Shown: piece after piece, positions 28,317-37,036 of the stretch | How the letters are laid out: each line of letters opens with the position of its first letter | Position numbering within the stretch: the stretch's first letter is position 1 | Notes under the pieces: generated by a model | The model's database searches: none | What the model saw: only the letters and a program-made list of their open reading frames with translations | What the model was told of the DNA's origin: nothing | Virus record (IMG/VR): IMGVR_UViG_3300006854_000006 | Span: 1 to 58,798 of that record | Direction: 5' to 3' (one strand) | Source of the DNA: a virus | Lineage: Duplodnaviria > Caudoviricetes | DNA length: 58,798 nt | Position numbers and translations under genes: made by a program

Positions 28317-28688
28317 TCAGGCTTCGGGTGGTTCGACAATGGGCACGCCTTCCATAAATTCCCGCTCCGTCGATTCGAGATGCGTGACTTCGATCATGTT
28401 CGTCAGATCACAGGTGATGGTCAGCATCGTCCGTTTCCGATCGTGGACAGCGCTCGCGATGTACCAGAGAGCTCCGTCCCAGATAATGCGATGCGACAGC
28501 GCATTGATTTCGGTACCATCGCCTGTCTTGCGGTAGCGGATGATGAACTGCGCCGCCGTCTCGCTGAGACGTTCGGCTTCGGCCGAAATCGGTCCGCCGA
28601 AATCGGCTGTCCAGCTTTCCGGCGTCACGCCGGCCGCGGGAATGCGCTTCTCGAAAGTCACGTAGTCGGACAATCGACCGGCTCTCAC
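28317..28688 (-). CDS. head-closure / head-tail adaptor (SPP1 gp16-like)
   Basis: MRAGRLSDYVTFE, FIIRYR, HRIIWDG..WYI, LTITC. Confidence 0.85.
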   Translation of the reverse strand: MRAGRLSDYVTFEKRIPAAGVTPESWTADFGGPISAEAERLSETAAQFIIRYRKTGDGTEINALSHRIIWDGALWYIASAVHDRKRTMLTITCDLTNMIEVTHLESTEREFMEGVPIVEPPEA

Positions 28689-29365
28689 CGAAACCCAGAT
28701 GGGACCGCATCCCTCAAGACCGGCCGGTATTGCAGATTGTTATCGAACCGTTTCACGCTCGTGTTCTGGTCATGGATCCGAGCCCACATCATCGCGCCGG
28801 CTGGAACGCTGATCAGTTCGCCGGCTTGCCGCGCGTCCTTCACGAATTCGTTGTCCTCGCCGACGTTCGGATGCTCCGGGCCGGATCGGAAATAGTGATC
28901 TTTCCAGAACGACCGGCGATAACAGAGTGAGGTGCCCAGGGCATAACTGGAATCGCCGACATACTGGATCCATTGTCCGGACGGTTCGATTTTGAAGAGC
29001 ATCGAGTGATAGCCCGTCACCGCTTTACCGGAGACTTCGAGGCGCTCGACCTGGTCGGCCATACGTTCCGGCGAAGACCAGTCGTCACTATCGAAGTGCA
29101 TGATGATGTCGCCGCTACTCAATTCGATCGCCCTGTTGCGCTTGCATGGGATCGGCTTCGAAGATTCCCAGAAATATCGGACATTGGAATACCGCCGCGG
29201 CTCCGGGAAAGAGCGCTCCTCATCGTCATCCAGGATGATCAGTTCCTTCTCCGGATACGTCTGCGCGAGGAAGCATTCGAGCGCCTGGTGCGCCCACGCC
29301 TGCCGCCCGCGCGTCGGCATAATCGCGGACACGAGAATCACGCCGCGATCGGCCTCAGCGACCAA
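28685..29365 (-). CDS. glycosyltransferase family 2
   Basis: VSAIMPT, QTYPEKELIILDD, KRNRAI, HFDSDD (DxD). Confidence 0.92.
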   Translation of the reverse strand: MVAEADRGVILVSAIMPTRGRQAWAHQALECFLAQTYPEKELIILDDDEERSFPEPRRYSNVRYFWESSKPIPCKRNRAIELSSGDIIMHFDSDDWSSPERMADQVERLEVSGKAVTGYHSMLFKIEPSGQWIQYVGDSSYALGTSLCYRRSFWKDHYFRSGPEHPNVGEDNEFVKDARQAGELISVPAGAMMWARIHDQNTSVKRFDNNLQYRPVLRDAVPSGFR

Positions 29366-29979
29366 TCGACGGCAATGCCGAGCTGGTCACATAAACGCTT
29401 GGCATCCGGGTTCCAGTATCCCCGATCGATGCCGCTCACCAGATACTCCAACGGCCAGGGCTGGGCCTCGCGCTTGAAAGAGAGCACCGGCACCGGCAGC
29501 GTGTCGCTGAAGGGCGTCCCGCGATTCTCGAAGTCGCCGGCTTCGCCCGTCGTTGTGTTCAGGCAGTAGCGGGCGATCTCGGCCAGATAGTCCGGTTGCC
29601 AGATGGCGACCTGACAGGAGATACGAGCGGCGGTCCCGCGCGGGATTCGACCGAAGTGAGGATCGCCGAAATCTTCAACGGCTCCCGGGCACGGATAGAG
29701 CCGCACACATCCGGCGCCTCGGGATTCGAGCAGCTCCCAGCCGCGCGCCACGAGATCGGATTGCACGGGCGCGGTCAAAAAGAAATCCTCCTGAAACACC
29801 ATAAGCGGCTCGTCGCTCTCGAGAGCCGAACGCAGGAGCACCCCGCACCACGGCTCACCGGCCCGGTCACTGTGAAACGTGATCGGATACGGGCAGTCAG
29901 GCCAGAAATGCTTCACGAGCGCAAGGAACGGATCCCAGGCATCCCGGTAGGCCGCGCAGGTGATGACGGCTACGCGCAC
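29338..29979 (-). CDS. putative GT-A fold glycosyltransferase
   Basis: YRDAWDPF..FWPDCPY, FQEDFFL, SCQVAIW; cluster context. Confidence 0.65.
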   Translation of the reverse strand: MRVAVITCAAYRDAWDPFLALVKHFWPDCPYPITFHSDRAGEPWCGVLLRSALESDEPLMVFQEDFFLTAPVQSDLVARGWELLESRGAGCVRLYPCPGAVEDFGDPHFGRIPRGTAARISCQVAIWQPDYLAEIARYCLNTTTGEAGDFENRGTPFSDTLPVPVLSFKREAQPWPLEYLVSGIDRGYWNPDAKRLCDQLGIAVDWSLRPIAA

Positions 29980-30887
29980 GAGACGAGTCCCATCGTCTGC
30001 AATTGTTTTTCGACGGCATAGGCCATCGTCTTCGGCCAGTCCGCGGCGTTCAGCCAGCGCAACCAGGATGCCCGCGCCTCGAGGCCCATCGTGATCAATT
30101 CCACGTCGCTCGTGTTCCGGAGAAACTCGGCGATGATCTCGCCCGCCGATCCCGCCTGTTGCCGTTCGATGTGCAGCATGAAGGCGTCGTAAGGGATTTC
30201 CTCGTCGAAAGGAAAGACGACATCCGAAGCAATCAGTATGGGGACGCGTCCGGCGGACATCGCTTCAAAGAACCGGTAAGGGAAAACCCCGGGTATCGAT
30301 TCCGGGCAGAGGCAGACGCGCGATTCGCGCATGCTCCGACGGAACTCGGCACGCCGGCGAACGCCTTCCGGTTCGTGATAGATGTAGCCGGTAAAATCCT
30401 CGTAGCGCGCCATGTCGCAGCGCAGGCCTAGATGGTCGAGGCACGATTGCGACGAGATCCGGCGAGTGTCGGTCGAGAGCCATGCGTGGAAACTGACATC
30501 GTAGGTGAAGCCCGCTTCCGGCAGATCCACGCATTCGGCGAAATCCTCCACGGGCCAGGCCACGTTGATGGAGTGTGGATCGTCATCCCACATCCAGGTC
30601 CGGAGATCGCATCGAATGAAGAGGCACGGCAGTCCGATCGCCCGAGTGAAGTTATCGCTGACATCGAGAAAGGCATGGCGCGCTTCATTGCCGGCCCAAT
30701 GAGGCAGGTGCGACAACCGCTCTTTCCGAAGCACGCCATTCTCAAGAAAGCCACTCAATGATCCGGGGCAGACGAAAACATCGGCAACATTCGGGTCTTC
30801 TGTTACTGGGATGCCGTCCAGGCGCAGTTCGCCCGGCGGCCACCGATCGAGTCCCGCCTCAGCGGGTTTGTAGATGTACTGATGCAA
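29970..30887 (-). CDS. exostosin-like (GT47) glycosyltransferase
   Basis: MRESRVCLCP..YRFFEAMSAGRVPILIASDVVFPF. Confidence 0.85.
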   Translation of the reverse strand: MHQYIYKPAEAGLDRWPPGELRLDGIPVTEDPNVADVFVCPGSLSGFLENGVLRKERLSHLPHWAGNEARHAFLDVSDNFTRAIGLPCLFIRCDLRTWMWDDDPHSINVAWPVEDFAECVDLPEAGFTYDVSFHAWLSTDTRRISSQSCLDHLGLRCDMARYEDFTGYIYHEPEGVRRRAEFRRSMRESRVCLCPESIPGVFPYRFFEAMSAGRVPILIASDVVFPFDEEIPYDAFMLHIERQQAGSAGEIIAEFLRNTSDVELITMGLEARASWLRWLNAADWPKTMAYAVEKQLQTMGLVSCA

Positions 30888-31695
30888 TGCGATCTTGGGC
30901 TTGTTTGTAGGCCAGCAGATAGGGTTCGTAAATAGACTCTCGATCTTCCGGTCGCAGCGCGTAGTGGGTCAGGCGTCCTTGCTGGGCATCGAACTCGTGG
31001 GCGTGATAGCAAATCAGGGACGCGCCATCGAGTCGCGGCCCGGCGGTGACGCGCCAGTTCGCAATCGACCATGGCCCCGCATTCACGCCGATGTTTTCGA
31101 TGACACAGCATTCCGGACCGTAAGCCTCCGGCCAGACGTCGAGATATTTTTGATCGCCGCAGCCATCGGTTGCGGAGCATTTGGTCCGGCACTGCGCCGC
31201 CCACGTCGCGACGCACCGGTGGCCGACTCGCGTGTTTTTGAAATGCACGAAACCGACGTTGAAGAGGCCGTTCACCTCAAGATATTTTTTCGAGGGGATC
31301 AGCCGATGCGGTGTGATCGCGATCGAGCGCATGCCGATTTCCGCAAAGACAGGGGCCGGATCCGCAAAGAAAAACGTGTCCGCGTCGAGATACGTCACTT
31401 CGAAAAGGCCGCTCACGAAGAGAAACTCGCAAAGCTGGGAGGCCAGCATCCAGCACCACTCTTGATGCGTGCGGGCCTGGTGGATCGCCTCGAGTCCGCA
31501 GTCGGCTTCGAACGCCTCGCCAGCGATCATCGTCACTTCCGGCAGCGATAGACCACTGAGTACATCCTGCGTTGGATCATCCAGAGCGAGGATGTGCAAC
31601 ATGAAGGGCTCGCTGGAATGCCGCTTCAACGAATCGTAGAGGGCGAGGCCTTGCGGCAGATATTTCTGATCGAAGAGCGTGCAGTAGTGCCTCAT
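30859..31695 (-). CDS. putative GT-A fold glycosyltransferase
   Basis: YCTLFD..YL, TYLDAD (DxD), FNVGFV, GDQKYLD.W. Confidence 0.82.
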   Translation of the reverse strand: MRHYCTLFDQKYLPQGLALYDSLKRHSSEPFMLHILALDDPTQDVLSGLSLPEVTMIAGEAFEADCGLEAIHQARTHQEWCWMLASQLCEFLFVSGLFEVTYLDADTFFFADPAPVFAEIGMRSIAITPHRLIPSKKYLEVNGLFNVGFVHFKNTRVGHRCVATWAAQCRTKCSATDGCGDQKYLDVWPEAYGPECCVIENIGVNAGPWSIANWRVTAGPRLDGASLICYHAHEFDAQQGRLTHYALRPEDRESIYEPYLLAYKQAQDRIASVHLQTR

Positions 31696-32441
31696 ACGCT
31701 TTTGATGCTGGCGTACGGTTCGATTTCCGTTTTCTTCAACAGGTAATCGCGATGGCCCGATTCGGTCCGCGGATCCCAGAAGACGTTACAGTCGTAGACC
31801 GGTTCCAGGCCGAAACTCCGGAAGAGTCCGAGCAATTCCGCCTCGTTAAAATGGATCTCGAGGCATTCCACGCCATAGGCCTCTTTCACAAAAAACGTGG
31901 TCGGCTTAGCGCGGAGAATGGGACTCCGATGAAACAACACGTAACGCCGGGCGACGCGGGCGGCTTCGGCAATCAGGCGGGGATAGTCCCGCACGTGCAT
32001 GATGCAGGCGCCGTGCAGCACGATGTCGAACGCGTCCGTCAGATAGGGCAGGGCGCGCGCCTCCCCGATATCGAAAACGATGCCCGGATAAAGTTGTTCG
32101 GCGAACGCTTGGAACGCTGCGGAATAATCGAATCCCGTATAGCCCACGTTGAAGCCGGCGATTGCCAGGACTTCCCGGTAATAACCTGCGGAAGCTCCCA
32201 CGTCGAGCAATGTCGGTTGCTCGGCCAACAGTTCGATGGGAAGCCGGCGCATGCACTCCAGAAATGCGGCAAAGGGCGCACAGGCCTCCCCTAACCGCAG
32301 GAGGCGTAATTCGTTCCGGACCGCGGATTCATATTGACGGCGAGGGATCTCCGGACACTGCCAGGCTGCGGCGCAACGCTCGGCCACCTCGGCCACTTCA
32401 TCCGGAGACAGTTCGCGATAGTTGGTGGAAATAGCGTTCAT
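31692..32441 (-). CDS. class I SAM-dependent methyltransferase
   Basis: LLDVGASAG, YTGFDYS, FDIVL..IMH, EAARVAR. Confidence 0.88.
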   Translation of the reverse strand: MNAISTNYRELSPDEVAEVAERCAAAWQCPEIPRRQYESAVRNELRLLRLGEACAPFAAFLECMRRLPIELLAEQPTLLDVGASAGYYREVLAIAGFNVGYTGFDYSAAFQAFAEQLYPGIVFDIGEARALPYLTDAFDIVLHGACIMHVRDYPRLIAEAARVARRYVLFHRSPILRAKPTTFFVKEAYGVECLEIHFNEAELLGLFRSFGLEPVYDCNVFWDPRTESGHRDYLLKKTEIEPYASIKSV

Positions 32442-32587
32442 CGTTTCAGTGGTGGCGGAGGCGGCGGTAAAGGCTTCATCTTTGGCATTGGGTGCGGATT
32501 TTTGACTTGCACGCTGCGAGATTCGACCTTTCCGCGGCATAAAACGGCGATGGCAAACAGTAAGACTACGAGGACTAAGTCGGACAC
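32438..32587 (-). CDS. small hydrophobic, Pro-rich peptide (not in ORF track)
   Basis: Hand translation MSDLVLVVLLFAIAVLCRG...KPLPPPPPPLKR; stop overlaps the MTase ATG. Confidence 0.5.
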   Translation of the reverse strand: MSDLVLVVLLFAIAVLCRGKVESRSVQVKNPHPMPKMKPLPPPPPPLKR

Positions 32588-33642
32588 AGCGACCCCTTCA
32601 ACGTCTCACTCACCGTCGTCATGCGCTGCGCGTACGTATGATCGCGCAACGTTCGCCGCTGGCCGTTCGCCGCAATGAACCGCCGTTCGTCTTCGTTCTT
32701 CAGGTAGTACCTGATCTCTGCGACGGCCTCTTGAGGCGAGTAGTACGTCACGACTTCATCGTGACCAAAGAATTGTTGAAGGTTCGCCGCCTCCTCGGTC
32801 AACAGCAGCGCGCCACAACCCGTCGCTTCAAACAGTCGCATATTATTCGCGTAACCCTGCGCGATTTCCCCATGCCGGTTGAGGCAGATTTTGGACTGCA
32901 GCAGAATTTCGTACATGTCCAGGCCCCAGGCTTCGCCCTGGTACTTCTCGCGCAAGGCACTGTCGGGCGGCAATGCCTCGGCACCATAACCCCACCATTT
33001 GAAGGTCGGAATATGGCAGGCGACGGCTTCCAGAACTTCCATGCCATACCGCCAATGTGAAGGATTGCCGACGCCGCCGATGAAAACGACATCGTGGATG
33101 CGTCCGAAGTCCATCGCGATGGATTCCGTCGGCAGAACTGGAAACATATCCGGATGGCAGCGGTCCGCGACACCCGGCTCAAACGCTAACGGATTGTAGA
33201 CGGGTCTGACCCCGAGTTTCTGGATGCGTTCCACATAGTGCGGGAAACTCGTAAAGATCACATCGTACTTTCGGATCTTCTCGTCGCCCGGCCACGGACA
33301 CGAACATTGACCGGCGAGGAGCCTGTCTCGCTTGTCCACGTCGAGGCTCAGGTCCTGCATGAAGATGACGTCCGGGTCGTGGAACGCGATTTGCGCTTCG
33401 AGTCGGTCACCGCCGTACCAATGTGATTCCTGCGCCCAGAGTTCCTGCAAGTCGGCGTGATTGGCAATCACGTCATGCGCGAACCACCCGCACGCCCGAA
33501 GGTTGCGGCTGTACGCATCGAAAGTTCCGAAGCAGCGGTCGAGTAGTCGCCGTAGTTCGATGCCGTAGTTCTGCGATTCAAGCGGGACGGACTTCAGGAA
33601 GTCGGGATAGTAGGTGTCGACGATCAGGATGCTCGGAACCAT
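32575..33642 (-). CDS. CgeB-like GT-B glycosyltransferase
   Basis: SKICLNRH..ANNMRLFEATGCGALLLT..IAANGQRRTLRDHTYAQR. Confidence 0.9.
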   Translation of the reverse strand: MVPSILIVDTYYPDFLKSVPLESQNYGIELRRLLDRCFGTFDAYSRNLRACGWFAHDVIANHADLQELWAQESHWYGGDRLEAQIAFHDPDVIFMQDLSLDVDKRDRLLAGQCSCPWPGDEKIRKYDVIFTSFPHYVERIQKLGVRPVYNPLAFEPGVADRCHPDMFPVLPTESIAMDFGRIHDVVFIGGVGNPSHWRYGMEVLEAVACHIPTFKWWGYGAEALPPDSALREKYQGEAWGLDMYEILLQSKICLNRHGEIAQGYANNMRLFEATGCGALLLTEEAANLQQFFGHDEVVTYYSPQEAVAEIRYYLKNEDERRFIAANGQRRTLRDHTYAQRMTTVSETLKGSLCPT

Positions 33643-33706
33643 GTCACAGTTTCATGTCAAGCAAATAAAGTTATAAGTCCAGATAAATCCATAGCAACAG
33701 CATCGG

Positions 33707-33736
33707 CCTATGTCCACCTATGTCATCCTATGTCTA
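33707..33736. repeat. three CCTATGTC direct repeats at 10-bp period
   Basis: Copies start at 33707, 33717 and 33727 in an AT-rich gap. Confidence 0.85.
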
Positions 33737-33822
33737 CTCACTGGTTTAGCTGGCTAAGCTTCATTGCCGCTCTTAAGTCACGCCATCGCCGACCCTGATA
33801 AACCAGGGTGTATAACTTGCTC

Positions 33823-34146
33823 ATGAAAATAAAGCAGGAACAAGATTTCGCGACTTACTTTCAGCGACTCCTAAAGAATCCGGCCCATCGACGCGCTTAT
33901 TATGCGAGCCGGATTTGGCAGATGCGCAAGCAAGCTCTGGCGCTGCGGTCAAAGGGCCTTTGCGAGAATTGCGGGAATGGTAAGTTTGAAATCGCCCACC
34001 ATTTGACTTATGCCCACTTCGGCGCGGAGTACCTTTCGGAGCTACAGGCAATCTGCAGGCCCTGCCACGACTATCTTCACGGCCGATCCGATTACAATCC
34101 GGCGTGTGATACCGCGAGGCCGAAACAACTAAGTCTTTTCTCGTGA
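33823..34146 (+). CDS. small HNH endonuclease-like protein, antisense to late operon
   Basis: YYASRIW..R..CENCG..AHHLTY..ELQAICRPCH. Confidence 0.8.
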   Translation: MKIKQEQDFATYFQRLLKNPAHRRAYYASRIWQMRKQALALRSKGLCENCGNGKFEIAHHLTYAHFGAEYLSELQAICRPCHDYLHGRSDYNPACDTARPKQLSLFS

Positions 34147-34205
34147 GAACCGTCGCCCGATCACCGTCACTTTCAATTCGCCCCTGCCCGGCGGGCCGGC
34201 CAGCA

Positions 34206-34442
34206 CTATTTCTTCCGAACCGAGAAACTGAGCTGAAAATCGCCGGACGGATTCTGTCCGCTGTAGTCATGATGCCCGCTGGCATTGGCCGTCACGGCCG
34301 TTCCCTCCGGCATGGTTCCGACGGCCGCGCGAAGGGCTTCCCGGCAGGCCTCGAAATGCTGCGTGTCCCCCGAACCGGTCGCCGCATCCAACTGCTTCAG
34401 GGCTTCCTCTTTCGTACCGCTGGCTGAAATGGAAAAAGACAT
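34206..34442 (-). CDS. small hypothetical protein
   Basis: GGAGG RBS; MSFSISASG...ANASGH. Confidence 0.7.
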   Translation of the reverse strand: MSFSISASGTKEEALKQLDAATGSGDTQHFEACREALRAAVGTMPEGTAVTANASGHHDYSGQNPSGDFQLSFSVRKK

Positions 34443-34458
34443 TGGGCTGACCTCCCTC

Positions 34459-35082
34459 TTATCCGATCACGATCAATTGCAGTTCGTCCGTCCAATGGAA
34501 AATCACATCGAGATCCTTCTCGTGTGTTTGGAACCATCCCCGCAACGCCCGTTCCGCCGTGCATTCGTGATGCGTGCCGGTGCGGTACAGGAAACACGTG
34601 GCCTTTTGCACCAGGTTGTCTTTCAACTTCGACAGGTAGCCGTGATTGTGCCGCACGAAGATCGGCGGTTTGCCGTCAACGGGATTCGGCAGCACGAGCC
34701 ATCGGTGCTCCTCCTCTTCGAAGTTGAAGATCGCTTCCTTGATCGCCGACGGCATCACGATCGTCCCGCGCTTCGCAATCCGGCTGAGCGTCGCCGCCGC
34801 TTTCTGCGGATTCTCGACATGCTCGAGCACGTGCGAGCACCAGACGTAATCGAAGGCCTGATCCATAATCGCCGGCACGCCATCTTCGATGTTGCCCAGC
34901 ATCGTCTCTTTGCCTTCGAGGTCGAGCGGTTCGAGCCTTTCCGGATCCTGGTCGAGATACACATCGGCGCGCGCTAAGGGATACGCGCCTGGGCCCACAT
35001 CGAGCACTTTCCACTGATCGTGGATGAACGGCAGCTCCACGTAATCGCGTGGTCCCCAGGTGGCGAAATTGTCGACGATCAC
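34459..35082 (-). CDS. SAM-dependent methyltransferase-like protein
   Basis: VLDVGPG, FDYVWCSHVLEHVENP. Confidence 0.88.
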   Translation of the reverse strand: MIVDNFATWGPRDYVELPFIHDQWKVLDVGPGAYPLARADVYLDQDPERLEPLDLEGKETMLGNIEDGVPAIMDQAFDYVWCSHVLEHVENPQKAAATLSRIAKRGTIVMPSAIKEAIFNFEEEEHRWLVLPNPVDGKPPIFVRHNHGYLSKLKDNLVQKATCFLYRTGTHHECTAERALRGWFQTHEKDLDVIFHWTDELQLIVIG

Positions 35083-35666
35083 TGCTTGTGAAATCTCAAA
35101 CAGAATGCCGGGTAGAAGTGGATATTCGGCTCTTCGCCCCCACCACCGAAACCATAACGTTCCACGAGCGCGTGGAGCCGCTCCCGGGAATACGACATCA
35201 TGTGATATCCGTAATCGTTCCGCCGCGGGCCCAGCAGATGGCGCACATAAAACTCGTCGCCGGTCGCTTTGTAGAGCCGCAAGGTTTCTTCATGGTCGGG
35301 GACGTCGAGCCGCAGGATTCCAGTTGGCCGGAGAACACGATGGCATTCGGCCAGAGCTCGCCGCGCTTCGGTGATGGAGAGATGCTCGAACGTGTGCCGC
35401 GCGAGAATCTCTTCGACTTCAAACGACGGCGCCGGCAGATGCTCGAACGACCCAAAACGGTCGCAGACGTAATCCTGCGCCAGCGGTCCCGCCCGGAGCG
35501 TGTCGAGTGTCTTGTCCGCATGCCGGGCATAATACCGATCCTCCGTTGTCTTCCACCGCTCGACGAGATCCGGCCGGTCGCACGCCCGGAAGGTGTTCGC
35601 GTTCTCCAGATCCACATTCAGCCAACCGTCGAGATAGACCGCACCGCAGCCGATATGGAGTTTCAC
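35079..35666 (-). CDS. SAM-dependent methyltransferase-like protein
   Basis: LHIGCG..GWLNVD, HTFEHL, ECHRVLRPTGILRLDVPD. Confidence 0.88.
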   Translation of the reverse strand: MKLHIGCGAVYLDGWLNVDLENANTFRACDRPDLVERWKTTEDRYYARHADKTLDTLRAGPLAQDYVCDRFGSFEHLPAPSFEVEEILARHTFEHLSITEARRALAECHRVLRPTGILRLDVPDHEETLRLYKATGDEFYVRHLLGPRRNDYGYHMMSYSRERLHALVERYGFGGGGEEPNIHFYPAFCLRFHKQ

Positions 35667-36373
35667 GCGGCGACCATCCGATAGCGCTCGTAGACCGCGC
35701 GCATCGCCGGCAGATGCGGTCCGTACTTCGCCCGCAAGAGATCCGCCTGTTGCTGCCGGAAGTCGTAGTGATTGTTCTCGCGCCGCGATTCGTCCTGCGT
35801 CGAGTGATGAAGGACTCGCGCCTCGGGAATCCCCGCGATGCCCTTGCCCACCAGGAGCACGCGATAGGTCAGGGAATTGTCGTTCCCGTACATCGTCAGC
35901 TCGTCATCGAACCAGCCGACCTGGTTTCCGAGCTCGCGCGACACGACGCCGAAGTTCGCATACAGCATGCCCCAGTGGCAATGATTGACGTGGTAGCTCT
36001 CACCCGTCGCCCGATCCGCGTAGTAGAGCGCACCGAGGCCGATCTCGGAATGGTCCTGCATGAAGCGGATCGCCGCCGTCGCGTAGCCCGATTCGACTTC
36101 GCAGTCGTCGTTCAACCAGATCACCCAATCGCCGGACGTTTCGCGAAACGCGCGGTTGTACCCTACCGTACAGCCCAATCGCGGCCGCTCCGGCAGCACG
36201 CGGATCTTCGGCCAGGTCTCCGCCGTCGCCACCGTTTCATGCTCGATCGGGGAGTCCGACGCATCCGAGACAATCAGTTCCCAGTCCATCGGCGTGTGCC
36301 GCTCGATCGAGTCCACGAGCCGGCGGAAATCGAAAGGCCGGTTGCGGGTTCCCGTGACGAGACTGAGTTTCAA
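35663..36373 (-). CDS. glycosyltransferase family 2
   Basis: TTG start; LSLVTGTRNR, ELIVSD, YNRAF, WLNDD, GWFDD..YGNDN. Confidence 0.88.
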   Translation of the reverse strand: MKLSLVTGTRNRPFDFRRLVDSIERHTPMDWELIVSDASDSPIEHETVATAETWPKIRVLPERPRLGCTVGYNRAFRETSGDWVIWLNDDCEVESGYATAAIRFMQDHSEIGLGALYYADRATGESYHVNHCHWGMLYANFGVVSRELGNQVGWFDDELTMYGNDNSLTYRVLLVGKGIAGIPEARVLHHSTQDESRRENNHYDFRQQQADLLRAKYGPHLPAMRAVYERYRMVAA

Positions 36374-36732
36374 TTCACCCTCAATTCGAGGTCGCGGATC
36401 AGCGTTTGCGGACCCGTCGCATCCGTCCCCGCCGTCACCCGGAGCGCGTACGTGGTTCCCGCAACGCCGCCGGCGACCGTGAATTCGACCGCTCGCGCTT
36501 TCGATACCGGAAACCCATCGAGGATCCATTCGTCCGACGTGATGCCGACATTGGAGATCGTCAGATCGCTGGTGCCGACTTCGAGGACGGTCGGCGTACC
36601 GGTCAGCAATTCGTCGCTTCCGGTCAAGGGAGCGGTCATCGGCGCGCAACCCTGTATGGATGAGACGGTATGCAAGCTGTCGCTGAAATCGACAGCGAAG
36701 CGTCGGACTTCCCCGGCACGTTTGTTAAGCAA
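36370..36732 (-). CDS. putative virion fibre/collar adaptor (Ig-like beta protein)
   Basis: KRAGEVRRFAVDF..VAGGVAGTTYALRV pattern; next to head-tail connector. Confidence 0.55.
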   Translation of the reverse strand: MLNKRAGEVRRFAVDFSDSLHTVSSIQGCAPMTAPLTGSDELLTGTPTVLEVGTSDLTISNVGITSDEWILDGFPVSKARAVEFTVAGGVAGTTYALRVTAGTDATGPQTLIRDLELRVN

Positions 36733-37036
36733 GCGTCGGATCTCGTGGGATAAGGGCTTTCACGCTATCGGACAGCACGTTCGCAATACTCGCTTCGCGA
36801 TTTTCATACAGCTCACCGAGCACCAGTAGCGTCGCGGCTTCAATGTCGGCCGGCACGGTGATGGTCGCCGGCGAACTCGAGACGCCATACCATTCATCGG
36901 GAACAGCCGTTTTCTTGTAGTACTGCATGACGATCGCCGAGGCCTGCGCGATCTTCATCGCAATATCAGCGTCGCGCTCGGTGCCTTCGATGCGGAGTTG
37001 CAACTTCGCTTTCGCGAGCGAAACGAGATCGATCAA
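36725..37036 (-). CDS. head-tail connector (HK97 gp6-like)
   Basis: LVSLAKAKLQLRI..VPADIEAATLLVLGELYENRE. Confidence 0.92.
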   Translation of the reverse strand: MIDLVSLAKAKLQLRIEGTERDADIAMKIAQASAIVMQYYKKTAVPDEWYGVSSSPATITVPADIEAATLLVLGELYENREASIANVLSDSVKALIPRDPTLA

